The notes under the pieces are model-generated. The model was not told the DNA's origin, did not search any database, and saw only the letters and a list, made by a program, of their open reading frames with translations. The position numbers and the translations under genes are program-made. Positions 35,329-48,241 of a DNA stretch of 64,000 bases are shown here, piece by piece. Positions within the stretch are counted from its first letter, which is position 1; every line of letters starts with the position of its first letter. Source of the stretch: Monocercomonoides exilis PA203 (taxonomy: Eukaryota > Protista > Preaxostyla); the NCBI GenBank assembly GCA_001643675.2, contig LSRY02000045.1, positions 434,001 through 498,000 of the forward strand, read 5' to 3'.

Positions 35329-37238
35329 CTATTGCTTCGGACAGCAGTGATTATTTCTCATCAAAAGCGAATTCGACCCAACCACACTCACTGTCTTCCC
35401 TTTCCCCAAAACAGAAATCTTCTTTTCCCCAACACTGATCGTCTTCTCTTCGCTCACATGCCTCCCACCCAGCAAAGTGATTGTCGAGCTCAGCTGTGCC
35501 ATGCTCGACCCCGCTGCATGCCCCACTGTCTTGCAAGGTGCTGCCTCACTCATTCCACACAGATTGCTCGAGTCATCCCCACTCACCCCAACATACCGAT
35601 CCTTCATCCCTTCCTTCAACCATCCCTTTTTTTCTGTGTGCTGATAATACCAACCGCCCGAATAGTAATAACGGCACACTCTCGTATCATTGCTATTCGT
35701 TGTGTACGATTCATAGAACGGGTTATCCGATGAAAAGAGATTATTTCCATCATAAAAGAACACATCATGTCCATATGGAGTGGAAGCGTTGCAACTGCAA
35801 TCATGGAAGAAGAAGAAATAACAATAAGTGTTGTTGCTTGGAGGTATTTGTTGATTCGGATAAAAAAACAATCCTCCGCCAGTTGATGTTGCATTGCACG
35901 AAATGAACTGGAGGCTCCGCATTTTGAATGCAGCCGGAACACCATAACAATACATCCCTCCGCCACTTGAATATGTTAGAGAACATGAAGTGAAGAAACA
36001 TTCAAATACACAAGCACTCTCTCCTTTGCCGCTTTCTGTTCCAATACAGGCAGATCCAGAAACATTAAAAGTTGAAAGATAAAGCCCTCCTCCGCAATTA
36101 CTTGCATTACATTTCTGGAACTCGCAGCCACTGATCCTGACACACGAAGTAATATAATAGGCATACATCCCTCCTCCATAATTATTTTTTGCCGTGCAAG
36201 CATTGAATGAGTTGTTCTCAATCTTGATTGAACTGATCTCACGGCACATAATACCACCACCGCCATAATGCGCGTAGCAGTCGTTAAACAAACAAAATTT
36301 CACTGAAAGTGTTCCTGATGTCTTGCTATACATGTAAATTGCTCCACCATTTGAAGTTCCATCTGAATAAGAAGTTCCTGACCCAGTTGTATTTGACCCA
36401 TTCCACACACACCAAGTGAATGAATTTGCCCCATTGTCTGCTATCTGCTGTCTCGCTGGTTTCGATGGATTCCCCTCACTCCCGCTGACTGCAACATTCT
36501 GAGAGCGATAGCACCCGACAAACGAGGTGTTCGAGGCATCCAGGGAAGATGAAGGGCTGTTCAGCGAGGGGACAATACCCCCGTCATAAACATCCCACAC
36601 TGATGAAAATGAGCACCCACTCATCAGAAATGCTCTTTGACCCAGCCCTTCACCCAGATGTGTTGTTTTCGATGGATTTGTGGAGATGTTGAAGAAGGTC
36701 AGCTGGGTGAGAGATACAAGGCGTGTCAAGGGTGGTGCCAGAAACGGGGCTGAAGACACACAAAAAGATGAGAAATCTGACTCACATACCAATACGCTCC
36801 CTCCTCCTTCACTTTCTTCTTCTCTTCCTTCTTCTCTTCCTTCTCCACCTCTTCTTCCTCCACCTCCTCCTTGTCCTCCTCTCTCTCCTCCTTCACCTCT
36901 TCCGCTTCCTCTTCCCCATCCTCCTATTCCTCTTCCTCCCCACCTTCTCTCTCACTCATCTTCTGTCCCATCCTCCCCTCTCCTCCAAACAGTCTCCCAC
37001 ACACATTTCCTCCTCTTCCAACCCCTCTCAGCGTGATGTTCCAAAACACCCCTCTGCACCCGCCCAGCTCAAACACCCCCGCCTCCTTGCCTCTCCCCAT
37101 CTCCACACCACATCCCCTCACCACAACCACACTCCCCCTCATTCCACACACAATCCTCCCAATTTCATCTCCAATCAGCTCAATCCCCTTCAACTCAACC
37201 GACATGTTCCACAACTCCCTCACAAAAAAATATCTCAT
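35329..37238 (-). pseudogene. Beta-helix family copy 6 (mirror of copy 7), split by a 1-bp homopolymer difference
   Basis: ORFs 36924-37238 plus 35329-36792 reproduce copy 7; G4 versus G5 at ~36940/41046-41050, which may be a sequencing error. Confidence 0.6.
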
Positions 37239-38588
37239 CTTCTTCCTTCCATCCTTTATCCTCAGTCACCTTCATCCCCATCGCTGTTTCAACTGCCTCG
37301 ATTTCTGACTTATTAACTCATCAACTTATTTTTCATTATCAAACTTCATTCGCACTTTTGCTGATCCATATATTTAATATATGGTTTTCTCATGAAACAT
37401 CTCTTGCTGCGCCAAACAAAAATCATCAACAAGTTCATCTTCTCAGTGCAACTATTTTTGGTGCTGCTTGGATCCTTTTTTTTAAATGTCTTTTCAGCAA
37501 AGCATTTGAGCAATAAAAAGAACTTGTTTTTATTTTTATTTTTACCCATTTATTTGTTAATTTTTTTTCAATTTTGGTAAAGCAATGAATGCTAACTGAA
37601 ATATATATATATTGCTTTTTTGTTGCATATCGACTCCATCAGGAAAGTCTTTTTTAAAAAAAAATTATAAAAATAATGATTAAACAAATTTGATTGATTG
37701 ATTTTTGGGCAATTTTTATTCTGCATTATTTTGTTCGCTTGTTTTTCTTTGTCAATTGCCAATGTTCTTTTGATGGTTTCGGCTTTGCTTGGGTGCAAGT
37801 TTCTTGCGTCATATTGCTTCTGTAAAAAAAAACGGATGAGTACACAACCTTTTTTTTTTTCTTTGGATGATAAGGTTCAGTAATTTATCATTTCCCCCTT
37901 TATAATCGGGACCTAAATTTTCTGATTCTCAAGAGCATTTTTGGAAAAAAAAATTAAATAATAGAAAACCTTCAAAATATTATTGTATACTGTTCCAGGA
38001 AATATTTTTTATTTATTCATTTTTGAAGACAAATCCTGAGTTTTTTCTTTTTATTTTTTAAGATCAAAGACTTGCTCATATTTCACCGAGCTTTTTGTTT
38101 TGAATGTTTTGAATGTTGTTATTGATATTAGACTTATCTTTTTTATGTATTTTTTGTTTATTTTTCATTGTTTAACACTTCGTTTTTTATTGTTTTTCCA
38201 TTTCACAGAATTTCTGCAAAATAAGAAGAAACTATTTGGGTCAACTTATTAATGGAACTTTTTGACTTATTGGCACTTTTTTGTTTTTGATCGCCAACTT
38301 TCAACAAACGTTGATTGGCTTTTTTCACTTTTATACAACATTTTAACAAGTTTTAAACAATTCAGTACTTGTTTGTTTTATTATTTTTGTTTGTTTCTCA
38401 CTGAGATATCGCGTTTTTTTGTATTTTTAAAAGTCACTTTTCTCAGCAAACCAGGCAACTCACAAGAAATTGATGAGTTGTTTTGAATAGCATAAACTAT
38501 AATCTAACTATTTTTAAATTCTTTTTTTTCACATTTCATTTTTTTTAACAACATGCAAGGACAAAACTGATTATTTCTTTGTAAATAT

Positions 38589-38856
38589 GGGGCAAAATAT
38601 TTTGCTTCAAGCATTTTCATTGAAAAATTATGCACTTTTTATTAAATTTTTGATAACAAAATATATTATAAAAATGAGTTTATTTTTTGACATTCGTGTA
38701 ATGTTGGAAAACTTTATGTTTTGATTTCAACGATGCCTGTTTACGGATATGAAAATCAAAATTTTTTTGAAATCTGAGAAAGTTTTGTAATGTTTTAAGA
38801 AAAACAATTTTTTCATGCTTTGTGCATAAAAAGCTTGAAAGTCCGTATTTTCCCCC
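38589..38856. mobile_element. 268-bp MITE nested in the left arm of the P3 apex element
   Basis: ATAT|GGGGCAAAATA...TATTTTCCCCC|ATAT; the empty site (GTAAATATGATGAA) is seen at 17078-17091. Confidence 0.85.
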
Positions 38857-39118
38857 ATATGATGAAATGATAAAAATAAAAATTTGATATGAAACGCTAA
38901 CACTTAAATAATGAACTGTTGTTAAAATAAAACATTAATTTTTCCTATTTATCTTTAACGGATAAATGGAGCAAACGAAAAATGATCAATAATCACGTTT
39001 TTGGAACAAAGGAAAGTTCTTGAGAAGAAAAAAAAATTAATGTTTTATTTTGACATCACTTCATTATTAAAGTGTTAGCGTTTCATATCAAATTTTTATT
39101 TTTATCATTTCATCATAT

Positions 39119-39386
39119 GGGGGAAAATACGGACTTTCAAGCTTTTTATGCACAAAGCATGAAAAAATTGTTTTTCTTAAAACATTACAAAACTTTCTCA
39201 GATTTCAAAAAAATTTTGATTTTCATATCCGTAAACAGGCATCGTTGAAATCAAAACATAAAGTTTTCCAACATTACACGAATGTCAAAAAATAAACTCA
39301 TTTTTATAATATATTTTGTTATCAAAAATTTAATAAAAAGTGCATAATTTTTCAATGAAAATGCTTGAAGCAAAATATTTTGCCCC
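39119..39386. mobile_element. Mirror copy of the 268-bp MITE in the right arm
   Basis: Reverse complement of 38589-38856, also flanked by ATAT on both sides. Confidence 0.85.
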
Positions 39387-40748
39387 ATATTTACAAAGAA
39401 ATAATCAGTTTTGTCCTTGCATGTTGTTAAAAAAAATGAAATGTGAAAAAAAAGAATTTAAAAATAGTTAGATTATAGTTTATGCTATTCAAAACAACTC
39501 ATCAATTTCTTGTGAGTTGCCTGGTTTGCTGAGAAAAGTGACTTTTAAAAATACAAAAAAACGCGATATCTCAGTGAGAAACAAACAAAAATAATAAAAC
39601 AAACAAGTACTGAATTGTTTAAAACTTGTTAAAATGTTGTATAAAAGTGAAAAAAGCCAATCAACGTTTGTTGAAAGTTGGCGATCAAAAACAAAAAAAG
39701 TGCCAATAAGTCAAAAAGTTCCATTAATAAGTTGACCCAAATAGTTTCTTCTTATTTTGCAGAAATTCTGTGAAATGGAAAAAACAATAAAAAAACGAAG
39801 TGTTAAACAATGAAAAATAAACAAAAAATACATAAAAAAAGATAAGTCTAATATCAATAACAACATTCAAAACATTCAAAACAAAAAGCTCGGTGAAATA
39901 TGAGCAAGTCTTTGATCTTAAAAAATAAAAAGAAAAAACTCAGGATTTGTCTTCAAAAATGAATAAATAAAAAAATATTTCCTGGAACAGTATACAATAA
40001 TATTTTGAAGGTTTTCTATTATTTAATTTTTTTTTTCCAAAAATGCTCTTGAGAATCAGAAAATTTAGGTCCCGATTATAAAGGGGGGGAAATGATAAAT
40101 TACTGAACCTTATCATCCAAAGAAAAAAAAAAAGGTTGTGTACTCATCCGTTTTTTTTTACAGAAGCAATATGACGCAAGAAACTTGCACCCAAGCAAAG
40201 CCGAAACCATCAAAAGAACATTGGCAATTGACAAAGAAAAACAAGCGAACAAAATAATGCAGAATAAAAATTGCCCAAAAATCAATCAATCAAATTTGTT
40301 TAATCATTATTTTTATAATTTTTTTTTTTAAAAAAAGACTTTCCTGATGGAGTCGATATGCAACAAAAAAAGCAATATATATATATTTCAGTTAGCATTC
40401 ATTGCTTTACCAAAATTGAAAAAAAATTAACAAATAAATGGGTAAAAATAAAAATAAAAACAAGTTCTTTTTATTGCTCAAATGCTTTGCTGAAAAGACA
40501 TTTTAAAAAAAGGATCCAAGCAGCACCAAAAATAGTTGCACTGAGAAGATGAACTTGTTGATGATTTTTGTTTGGCGCAGCAAGAGATGTTTCATGAGAA
40601 AACCATATATTAAATATATGGATCAGCAAAAGTGCGAATGAAGTTTGATAATGAAAAATAAGTTGATGAGTTAATAAGTCAGAAATCGAGGCAGTTGAAA
40701 CAGCGATGGGGATGAAGGTGACTGAGGATAAAGGATGGAAGGAAGAAG

Positions 40749-42659
40749 ATGAGATATTTTTTTGTGAGGGAGTTGTGGAACATGTCGGTTGAGTTGAAGG
40801 GGATTGAGCTGATTGGAGATGAAATTGGGAGGATTGTGTGTGGAATGAGGGGGAGTGTGGTTGTGGTGAGGGGATGTGGTGTGGAGATGGGGAGAGGCAA
40901 GGAGGCGGGGGTGTTTGAGCTGGGCGGGTGCAGAGGGGTGTTTTGGAACATCACGCTGAGAGGGGTTGGAAGAGGAGGAAATGTGTGTGGGAGACTGTTT
41001 GGAGGAGAGGGGAGGATGGGACAGAAGATGAGTGAGAGAGAAGGTGGGGGAGGAAGAGGAATAGGAGGATGGGGAAGAGGAAGCGGAAGAGGTGAAGGAG
41101 GAGAGAGAGGAGGACAAGGAGGAGGTGGAGGAAGAAGAGGTGGAGAAGGAAGAGAAGAAGGAAGAGAAGAAGAAAGTGAAGGAGGAGGGAGCGTATTGGT
41201 ATGTGAGTCAGATTTCTCATCTTTTTGTGTGTCTTCAGCCCCGTTTCTGGCACCACCCTTGACACGCCTTGTATCTCTCACCCAGCTGACCTTCTTCAAC
41301 ATCTCCACAAATCCATCGAAAACAACACATCTGGGTGAAGGGCTGGGTCAAAGAGCATTTCTGATGAGTGGGTGCTCATTTTCATCAGTGTGGGATGTTT
41401 ATGACGGGGGTATTGTCCCCTCGCTGAACAGCCCTTCATCTTCCCTGGATGCCTCGAACACCTCGTTTGTCGGGTGCTATCGCTCTCAGAATGTTGCAGT
41501 CAGCGGGAGTGAGGGGAATCCATCGAAACCAGCGAGACAGCAGATAGCAGACAATGGGGCAAATTCATTCACTTGGTGTGTGTGGAATGGGTCAAATACA
41601 ACTGGGTCAGGAACTTCTTATTCAGATGGAACTTCAAATGGTGGAGCAATTTACATGTATAGCAAGACATCAGGAACACTTTCAGTGAAATTTTGTTTGT
41701 TTAACGACTGCTACGCGCATTATGGCGGTGGTGGTATTATGTGCCGTGAGATCAGTTCAATCAAGATTGAGAACAACTCATTCAATGCTTGCACGGCAAA
41801 AAATAATTATGGAGGAGGGATGTATGCCTATTATATTACTTCGTGTGTCAGGATCAGTGGCTGCGAGTTCCAGAAATGTAATGCAAGTAATTGCGGAGGA
41901 GGGCTTTATCTTTCAACTTTTAATGTTTCTGGATCTGCCTGTATTGGAACAGAAAGCGGCAAAGGAGAGAGTGCTTGTGTGTTTGAATGTTTCTTCACCT
42001 CGTGTTCTCTAACAAGTCAATATGGCGGAGGGATGTATTGTTATGGTGTTCCGGCTGCATTCAAAATGCGGAGCCTCCAGTTCATTTCGTGCAATGCAAC
42101 ATCAACTGGCGGAGGATTGTTTTTTTATCCGAATCAACAAATACCTCCAAGCAACAACACTTATTGTTATTTCTTCTTCTTCCATGATTGCAGTTGCAAC
42201 GCTTCCACTCCATATGGACATGATGTGTTCTTTTATGATGGAAATAATCTCTTTTCATCGGATAACCCGTTCTATGAATCGTACACAACGAATAGCAATG
42301 ATACGAGAGTGTGCCGTTATTACTATTCGGGCGGTTGGTATTATCAGCACACAGAAAAAAAGGGATGGTTGAAGGAAGGGATGAAGGATCGGTATGTTGG
42401 GGTGAGTGGGGATGACTCGAGCAATCTGTGTGGAATGAGTGAGGCAGCACCTTGCAAGACAGTGGGGCATGCAGCGGGGTCGAGCATGGCACAGCTGAGC
42501 TCGACAATCACTTTGCTGGGTGGGAGGCATGTGAGCGAAGAGAAGACGATCAGTGTTGGGGAAAAGAAGATTTCTGTTTTGGGGAAAGGGAAGACAGTGA
42601 GTGTGGTTGGGTCGAATTCGCTTTTGATGAGAAATAATCACTGCTGTCCGAAGCAATAG
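40749..42659 (+). CDS. Beta-helix family copy 7 (636 aa), 3'-truncated
   Basis: MRYFFVRE-type N-terminus, Gly linker and family core; leaves the alignment after SVVGSNSL. Confidence 0.7.
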   Translation: MRYFFVRELWNMSVELKGIELIGDEIGRIVCGMRGSVVVVRGCGVEMGRGKEAGVFELGGCRGVFWNITLRGVGRGGNVCGRLFGGEGRMGQKMSEREGGGGRGIGGWGRGSGRGEGGERGGQGGGGGRRGGEGREEGREEESEGGGSVLVCESDFSSFCVSSAPFLAPPLTRLVSLTQLTFFNISTNPSKTTHLGEGLGQRAFLMSGCSFSSVWDVYDGGIVPSLNSPSSSLDASNTSFVGCYRSQNVAVSGSEGNPSKPARQQIADNGANSFTWCVWNGSNTTGSGTSYSDGTSNGGAIYMYSKTSGTLSVKFCLFNDCYAHYGGGGIMCREISSIKIENNSFNACTAKNNYGGGMYAYYITSCVRISGCEFQKCNASNCGGGLYLSTFNVSGSACIGTESGKGESACVFECFFTSCSLTSQYGGGMYCYGVPAAFKMRSLQFISCNATSTGGGLFFYPNQQIPPSNNTYCYFFFFHDCSCNASTPYGHDVFFYDGNNLFSSDNPFYESYTTNSNDTRVCRYYYSGGWYYQHTEKKGWLKEGMKDRYVGVSGDDSSNLCGMSEAAPCKTVGHAAGSSMAQLSSTITLLGGRHVSEEKTISVGEKKISVLGKGKTVSVVGSNSLLMRNNHCCPKQ

Positions 42660-43927
42660 AAGATGTTGCACAGAATGCTGCAGTTTCGAATGTTAAAAAA
42701 GATGACGCTGAACGACGATGGGAATGAAGGAGAAAAGCGGCTGAAGCATTTTCGAAGAAATGAAGGATTCGAAGGAGAGGAATTTTCACCCTTTACGAAA
42801 TTCAGCGCCACCTTCCATAGAATCCCCCACAAGGCGAAGGAAAAAGACAACCCAGCCGCAGAAAACATATCGTCTCCGAATACATTCCGCCTCCGCCTCC
42901 ATAAACCATGGCGAAGTGCTGCGCGGTAGTTGAGTTGCCGGCAAAAGTTCTGCCAAGGATCATCCAAACAGCGAGCCAGGGGACTTTGCTTCCTTTCAAA
43001 GTCAAACGCCATCGGGATTTCCTTTGCATGCTGCAGATGGAAGAAGCGCCTGCACTCGGCGGAAGACAAAGAACATGCACATACACAAATAGAAATAGAA
43101 ATATAAACACTCTCAGCGCAGAAACAGAACAAGAGCAGCATTTGCCAAAGGAGCTTCGCCACTGCCACTCGATGCGCCAGACAGCACTGCCAGCAGCACA
43201 CACAGCACAAAAGGCAGCTGAAGAGGCATGCCAAACACTTCCTCTCCTCCTGCCCTTGCCTTCCCATCTCCCTCTTTCATTTTTTTTAAAAAATCTTATC
43301 TTATCTTTCTTTCTTTTTTGATGTTGCTGCTGCTGCTGCATATAACCCATCGGCACTTCAGCACCAGCATTCACTAAGCTCCTTTTATTCGGCGCCTTCT
43401 CATTCACGCTGTCAACAGGGGAAATGCAGCTCTTTGCGCCTGCTATTGATGGAGATGCAAGAGAAACAGCAGAAACAGCAGAAGTATCAGAAGCAGGAGT
43501 AAAAGAGGGAAAGATGACGAAGATGATGAAGATGACGAAGACGATGAAGATGACATCGGGCGGATCAGCAGCACAACTGGTGGCTGAGCATGGCATGCGA
43601 ATATAGGCAGTGCCTCCTTTGAGTTTTCTTCTTCGTTATCTTCTTCTTCATTTTCTTCTATTTCTTCTTCCTCTTTTTCAGTGGCATATCCGTCTCCATT
43701 GCCACTCTCGTTTTCATTGGCTCATTCTTCAATTTCGATGTCCTCGTCTTCTTCTCAACACCCTTCCGCTCCAATCTCTTTTCCATCAACAAATAAACAG
43801 GCAGTTGTTGTTGTTGTTGTTGTTGATATTTCCAATGGATCAAGCATTCCTCCTGCCATTTCTGTTGGTGCCAACAAACAACAACAAGAACAAAATGGCG
43901 AGGAAGACGGAGAAGATAAAGGAGAAT

Positions 43928-44121
43928 GAGGAAGAGGAAGAAGAGGAAGAAGAGGAAGAAGAGGAAGAAGAGGAAGAAGAGGAAGAGGAAGAGGAAGAAG
44001 AGGAAGAAGAGGAAGAAGAGGAAGAAGAGGAAGAAGAGGAAGAAGAGGAAGAGGAAGAGGAAGAAGGCAAAGAAGAAGATGATGATGAGGAAGAAGAGGA
44101 AGAGGAAAAGGAAGAGGAAGA
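43928..44121 (+). repeat. (GAGGAAGAA)n purine tandem repeat
   Basis: Direct inspection; largely absent from the mirror position ~34000-34055. Confidence 0.85.
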
Positions 44122-47100
44122 AATGCAGCTTTTTCCTTTTCTGCTTGTTCATCTTCTTTATCTTCCTCTTAACTGAACAATTCAATACAACTGGCAATAT
44201 TTCTGCGTTTTGCTGGCATTCCCTCTCATTTCTGGCAGATGAGGTGAACTAAATAAATGGAGAAGAAAAGGAAGAATACGAAGAATGCGAATATGATAAC
44301 AGCCAAGAAGAAAATATGTGCATGCAATTTCATTTGTTGGAGCAGCGAAAATGACAACAATTACAGCGAACATAATGAAGAAAGCGATGAGGGGGAAGAA
44401 GAAGAGGAGGAGGAGGAGGAAGAAGAAAAAGAAGGAATTGCAGCAACAATAGAATTATAATCTTCAGAGAATCATTTCAAAACGAAATTCGTCGTTTCTC
44501 TCCTGACATCCTCTGACACAAAGCCAAAAACGGCAAACAGGCTGTTTCACACAGATGACAGCCAGCCAGAAATATTCTTCGTTTGGCAATTGTTTCGAGA
44601 AGGAGAAGACTCAGCAGCAGGACAACGCGGCTCAAATGCATTTGGCGTTTCGACTGAAGAGGAAGCAGAAAATGGAGGAGGCTGAATTCATGGCGCGGGG
44701 AAAAGAAGGTGAAGACAAAGAAGAAGACGAAGAAAAATAAAAATTAGTCGAATTCGATGGAGAAAAAACACTTGCAGAAGGTGATGAAGGTGATGAAGGC
44801 GGAGAAGAAAAGGAAGAAAAGGAAAGAGAAGAAGGCGAAGAAGATAATGATAAAAAAGGAAATAAAATTATTTCATATGCTTGGGTCGTGGAAAGAAAAA
44901 CATGACGAAAAAGTCGAAGAAGAAGAAGAAGGCTAAGCCGAAAAAGTCGAAGAGGGAAAAGCAGATAAAGAAAGTGAAGAGGATGAAGAAGAAGGTGACG
45001 AAGGTGATAATCAAAATGTGAGGGGGAAATACATATAACTTTATATCATTTGGAGGTGTATATGGAAACATGATGGTGATGTTGGCGATGAAAACAATGA
45101 GGCTGAAGAAGAAGGGGGAGAAGAGACGAAAAAGTCGAAGAAGACAATGAAGACGATGTTATGTCGAGTTTAATCGTCGGATATTTTCTGTCGAAGATAG
45201 CTTCAAAAAAAAACCTCGTTCTCTGCTCCAGCTGCAAATCCTTCGATGACACAATGCTAGAGACAAAGGCCAAATAAATTAAATCCATTTTGCCTATCAT
45301 TTCCATCATCTGCTTGCATCACGCCAAACTGCCTGATTTTCTCGCATTTTTGGCTCTCAACCCAAGCAATCAAGTGCCATTCTACCCCTCTCCTCGGTCC
45401 ATAAAAGCAATGCCTTTCCATTCCCTCCCCAAGAAAGGCGCCTTGCTCTGAGGCAACTGATTTCAATCTCCTGTTTCAGTTATTTGCCCCAATCACCCCA
45501 ACAAAATTTTTCTGAAAATATCCCACCCTCATTAAAAAACGTTCCCTTTTCATAGAGATTGGCTGTTCTTCCTTTTTAGCTTTGGCATCTTCCAATCCCG
45601 ATGATTTCTGCTCCATCAAAATTCATTCTTCATCGAATTTCTATCCATCGCGCATGTTGAGTTAATAATAAGTCACATAAATATTTATGATAAAATACAT
45701 CTAGGCTCTAGTAATATATTTGCAAAATAACATTTGTCTCGCTTCATTGCTGTTCTCCTCTGCAAAGAATAAATCGCCAATTTAAATAATTTGTCTGAAT
45801 CACGACTTTGGAGAGGATACGGATGGAAATATCTTCACAATCAACAGAAAAACAAAAAATACACACATTAAAAATTTCACATTCACATCGAAAATATTGT
45901 CGCTCCACAGCCATCCAACAATCAATATGAACAATTTCATCTTCCATCAATAAAAAAAGAGTTGTTATTGCTGCTGCTTTTTCATCACTAGAAATATTTC
46001 ATTTAGCCTAGCTGCATTTTTGGTCACATGAAATTTTCATTCTGTAGATATTTCTTGAGCATTTGCCACTGCTTGATCATTTTCCATAACGAATTGGAGC
46101 CACAAAAGAAAAAGAGCACAACTTGATGCATTGTGATTGAATGGGCATATGAAGACAACGCGATTACAACAGGATGGATTTATGGCGTGGAGCGATGGAG
46201 TTGAGTTTTTGGAGGAGGCAGGGTTTTGGAGGGGAAAGAAACGACAAAATGATATTTTTTGTTGGAAAGAGGTGTTTTTGCGAGATTTGAGAGGCAAAAT
46301 GGATGGGTGGGAGACGGATTGGGATGAGGTTGGGAGGGGTTATTTTTTCGATTTTTGTCATTGGGAAGGTGTTTAGACCGTGTTTATTGTTGGAGAAAAG
46401 GAATTTGATGTGGAGGAGGTGAGATAAGAGGGAAAACAAGAAGGGCCGAAGATGAGTGGAGTGAATGGAATATATTTATTGGAAGGGAGGATAAGAGTTA
46501 GATGAGAGTTGAAGAGATATAGGGAGGAGATTTTTTTTTTCCAAATGCACAGATATAGAGAGGTTCATATGAAGCGGAGCAAGAGGGAGAGTTTTTGTGG
46601 ATGCGTGTGCTATTTGAGAGGGAAGTGGGGTTGGAGAAGAAGAAAAATGAAAGAAAATATTTCATATTCTTATATAATTTATTTTGTGAACCGTTTGGAC
46701 GCGCCAGGCATTTGCGGAACAAGGGATGGAGGCCGAGGCGGAGGAAGACAGGAAGAAGGAACGTCAGGCGCAGCACTTTGCATTGGGGGTATGGAGACAG
46801 AGGAAGATGAGGGGCTGACCACGAAAGGGTGTTTTGCACCAAAGAGAGGCAAAATATTGGAGGTATTTATATTTTTGATTGGGAAAAGGATGTTGGGGAA
46901 TGAAGTGGAAGAGATGGAGGATGTGTGGCGGAGGGGTGTTGATGTTGTTTTTGGAGAAATGGAAAGAAGAAGAAATCGATACAGCGACAAGGGATAGGAA
47001 TGAGTCTTTGGATGAAATATTTTTCATTGCTAGTTTTTTTAAAAGAATGGAGCTGGCTGAGTTATTTGAGTGGAAGCAGAACAAGAAGTTGGGCTTTGGC

Positions 47101-47233
47101 TGATATTTTTTGAGGAAGCAGAAGGGAAGCGAAGAAAGGGCAGATGGGTTTTGTTGGCAAAACGGAGAAATATTTGGAGGAGAAGAAAGTTTGAGAAGAA
47201 TGATCATCATAAAAGATATATGTTTGCTTATTA

Positions 47234-48241
47234 GGGTCAACTTTTTAATGGGACTTTTTTCTTTATTGGCACTTTTTTTGTTTTCGCATGCCAATCATTC
47301 AAAAAAGCTAGATGGACATCAACACTCGGATGAGTGTGTTTATAAAACAAAAACATTAAATTACCGGTTTGTTTTTTTTAATTTTGTTTAATTTTAATAG
47401 AGATACAGCAATTTTTTATTTATTTTGAAGTGACTTTTTTCAGCCGAGGAAGCATTTCACAAAAATAAGAAATCCATTTTTAAAAACTACTAGCATTATC
47501 CTTTTCATATTCAAAATCTTAAGTTTAACAACTTGCCTTTTCTTCATTTTTTCACATTTCAATTTTTTATCAACATTCGAACATAAATTTGAAAATTTCT
47601 TTGTTATTAAAATGAAGTGTTAAAAACAAAAATATGATATGAAAAATACACGCTCTAATAAAGATGTGTGAAAAAGGTTGAACATTAAAATTTTCTATTT
47701 GCATCAAACTTATGAAAATAAAACAAGATTGATCTCAGATTATTCAATGTTGTGACCATTCACTTGTTTGATGCAAATAGAAAATTTTAATGTTCAACCT
47801 TTTTCACACATCTTTATTAGAGCGTGTATTTTTCATATCATATTTTTGTTTTTAACACTTCATTTTAATAACAAAGAAATTTTCAAATTTATGTTCGAAT
47901 GTTGATAAAAAATTGAAATGTGAAAAAATGAAGAAAAGGCAAGTTGTTAAACTTAAGATTTTGAATATGAAAAGGATAATGCTAGTAGTTTTTAAAAATG
48001 GATTTCTTATTTTTGTGAAATGCTTCCTCGGCTGAAAAAAGTCACTTCAAAATAAATAAAAAATTGCTGTATCTCTATTAAAATTAAACAAAATTAAAAA
48101 AAACAAACCGGTAATTTAATGTTTTTGTTTTATAAACACACTCATCCGAGTGTTGATGTCCATCTAGCTTTTTTGAATGATTGGCATGCGAAAACAAAAA
48201 AAGTGCCAATAAAGAAAAAAGTCCCATTAAAAAGTTGACCA
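47234..48241. mobile_element. 1008-bp foldback element (475-bp arms, 56-bp loop) present in one arm of P4 only
   Basis: GGGTCAACTTTTTAATGGG ... CCCATTAAAAAGTTGACCA; arms end at 47709/47766. The empty site at 55537-55552 shows a net TA duplication at the filled site. Confidence 0.9.

Larger units (their letters stand above)
38238..39738. mobile_element. Foldback element (GGGTCAAC...GTTGACCC) forming the apex of P3, with a nested MITE in each arm
   Basis: Near-identical to 16734-17694, including ~360 bp of shared flank; part of its loop (38944-38995) is the reverse complement of 17208-17259. Confidence 0.75.
34367..43621. repeat. Giant palindrome P3: ~4.6-kb near-identical arms, apex ~38944-39031; patchier inverted homology out to ~31050/47220
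   Basis: Mirrored ORFs with coordinate sum ~77988 (35329/42659, 34392/43596); further mirrored ORFs at 33658/44460 and 31780/46509. Confidence 0.95.

Noticed and set aside
36935-36945. Phase variation by homopolymer slippage (G4 vs G5; also poly-A/T differences near 15790/18640 and 50220/53565)
   Set aside because: Single-base homopolymer differences are the commonest long-read consensus error and cannot be interpreted from the sequence alone.
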